Assembly: GCF_009914755.1 (NCBI RefSeq)
Contig: NC_060947.1
Reading direction: 5' to 3' (one strand)
Origin: the human T2T-CHM13v2.0 reference genome, Homo sapiens
Length of the DNA: 64,000 bases
The notes below the pieces were generated by a model. That model saw nothing but the letters and a program-made list of their open reading frames with translations. It searched no databases and was not told the DNA's origin. A program made the position numbers and the translations under genes. Shown here one piece after another: positions 61,775 to 64,000 of this stretch (position 1 is its first letter; every line of letters begins with the position of its first letter).

Positions 61775-62236
61775 ATTATAAGAGACCAGAATATGCCATT
61801 CCAAAATGTGACTGTAGAAGACTGGAATATATCACATCAAAATATGTCTCTTTAGCATAGGATTATGTGCTGATTATTTTGAGAAAGATAAAAGATAGGA
61901 ATAGCTCTGTAAACAAAGTACAAGCCACGTTTTGTAATGTAAATTTACATTTATAAAGGAAATCTCCATTTGTAGGTGTGTATTTCTCTCTGTATTAGAA
62001 AAAGAAGGATGACTCTAAATCACAATGGAATCTTATCATTTGAAAAGGCACAAATTTAAATCTGCAATACCAACCTTGTTTACTGTGCTTTTTCTGGTCA
62101 CATTTCCATAAATAATCTCCCTCACAGTCTTCTTTCTTTGCTTTTACCTGAAAATGACATTTAAACCTGAATTCTATGCCACATCTTTGGGAGTTTCTCT
62201 TTTGCTGAGTTTTCTCACATTTATATATGAGATATA
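61775..62236 (+). mobile_element. MER34-like LTR, 5' part, interrupted
   Basis: gaccagaatatgccattccaaaatgtgactgtagaagac. Confidence 0.7.
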
Positions 62237-62381
62237 TGTGGAGTCCTAATTAGGGAAAAGGAGTCAGGCTGACAAGACCAGGGGGAAACAAACAGAGCAA
62301 ATAAGCTTTAAGTATGCTTTCTTTCATGGTCCAGGGCATCCAAACAAATAGAGGAAGCAGATAAACTGTAGATCTGCTGTG

Positions 62382-62412
<31 letters not shown>

Positions 62413-64000
62413 TTTAGTGGTCCAGGATACATTTGGCCTTCCTGACCAGACAACATACACAACTCACAAACTTCCTGCATACCATCAAACACGTCAGTTC
62501 AAACACCTCCACTAACAGAAGAATGCAAGTTAACCCCCCTGCTAACTTTGCATTATCAATCAGCCCAAATCCCATTGTATAAAATCTTCAGCAAGCCTTC
62601 GTTTATTTGCTGTCGGCTTCTCTCATGCAGACTGCCCATTGTCTCTCTGGCAATGTATTTTACTACTTTCTTTTTAAAAAAATCTGCCTTCCTTTACTTA
62701 CAACTGTCTTGGTAAATTTTTTTACCCCTGTGCCACTGGCCATCGTTCACCCACAACATTTGGTGACCTGTATAGGAACCTATCTCTATGTGGGGCTCCC
62801 TCTGCTCCATATGGGGGAACACTCTCTCTTCTCATGGGGAAATCTTTTCCCTGTATCTTTCCTTTTCCCAACTTGAGACCCTTGGCTGACAGTATCTAAG
62901 CGTAACCTCCCAGCGGGTTCACCTTCTCCACTGCCTAGAGTAAGCGGATTTATCAAGACAGGGGAATTGCAATAAAGAAAGAGTAATTCACACAGAGTTG
63001 GCTGTACAGGAGATTGGAATTTTATTCTTACTGAACTCAGTCTCCCTGAACATTTGGAGATTGGAGTTTTTAAGGATAATTTGGCAAGTAGGGGCTCAGG
63101 AAGTGGGGAGTGCTGATTTGTTGGTCGGGTTGGGAATGGAATTATAGGGGGTTGAAGTGAGTTTTTCTCCATGTCTTCTGTTCCTGCGTGGGATCACAGA
63201 ACTGGTTGAGCCAGATTACTGGTCTGGGCTGTGTCAGCTGATACATCAGAATGCAGGGTCTGCAAAATATCTCAAGCATGGATCCTACATATTACAACAG
63301 TGATGTTATTTCCAGGAGCAATTTGGGGAAGTTTAGAGTCTTGCAGGTTCCAGCTCCATGACTCTTAAACCATAATTTCTAAGCTTCTAGCTAATTTGTT
63401 AGTCCTGCAAAGGCAGTCTAGTCCCCAGACAGGATTTTGTTTTGGAAAAGGGCTGTTATCATCTTTGTTTCAAAGATAAACCATAAACTAAGTTCCTCCC
63501 AGAGTTAGTTCAGCCTACGCCCAGGACTAAACACAGACAGCTTGGAGGTTAGAAGCAAGATGGAGTCAGTTAGCTCAGATCTCTTTCACTGTAATAATTG
63601 TCTCACTTATAATTTTTGCAAAGGTGGTTTCATAAGCACAGAGGCAATTGTGAGTCTCTGGCATAAAGTTAGGGGTTAAGATGTTAGAGACTGTTAGAGA
63701 CAGGATACACTCCAGTGGGACTGAAATGTGTCCATGTGGAAATGCCTGGCCACCACCACCACCCAGTTTGGGTGAGGAACCTGAGTCCTTTTTCTTTCTT
63801 CAGTATTTCAGTGGCCGTTTCCTAGTAGCTCTTTGGTAACTGAGGGTAACTGGCCCAACTGGCTGGGGCCACTCTCAGGTGTTGCCTGAAGGCCAAAGAG
63901 TGGACAGAGATAGCTGCCCTGTCGGAAGGGGGAGAAATTCTCTCCTGTCTTTTCTTGTTATTGTCCATGATTCCTACATGTAATGCAATTAGCGGTGGAA
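62237..64000 (+). mobile_element. ERV1 provirus start: LTR 62237-62758 (LTR23/24-like), PBS 62761-62778, internal leader running off the window
   Basis: TG...CA LTR followed by TGGTGACCTGTATAGGAA (13/18 match to a tRNA-Ile PBS). Confidence 0.65.
62901..63632 (-). mobile_element. LTR8-like solo LTR
   Basis: Minus strand starts tgaaaccacctttgcaaaaattata; 4-bp TSD TAAG. Confidence 0.88.

Overview
Primate (human-like) non-coding DNA: AT-rich, CpG-depleted and made mostly of interspersed repeats (L1 of several ages, Alu J/S/Y, MaLR THE1/MST/MLT, ERV1 MER4-group LTRs and internal regions, a MER11 solo LTR, hAT/Tigger DNA transposons, L2/L3/MIR). I find no protein-coding gene, tRNA, rRNA or CRISPR array; the listed ORFs are repeat relics or chance frames. 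The standout anomaly is a ~230 bp, ~68% GC segment with ~21 intact CpGs at 53.16-53.39 kb, inside decayed ERV sequence. It has no TSD or poly(A) and can be folded by eye, with G-U pairs favouring the + strand, into a multi-helix RNA with a 3' pseudoknot and an alternative pairing. Other points of interest: an internally inverted MER4A provirus, a 2.1 kb AT block with two long perfect palindromes and inverted termini, an inverted Alu-in-Alu, a patched/inverted L1, a three-level transposon nest, and a MER41B LTR keeping one STAT1 GAS site. Subfamily names come from remembered consensus sequences, not from a RepeatMasker run; boundaries without TSDs are approximate.
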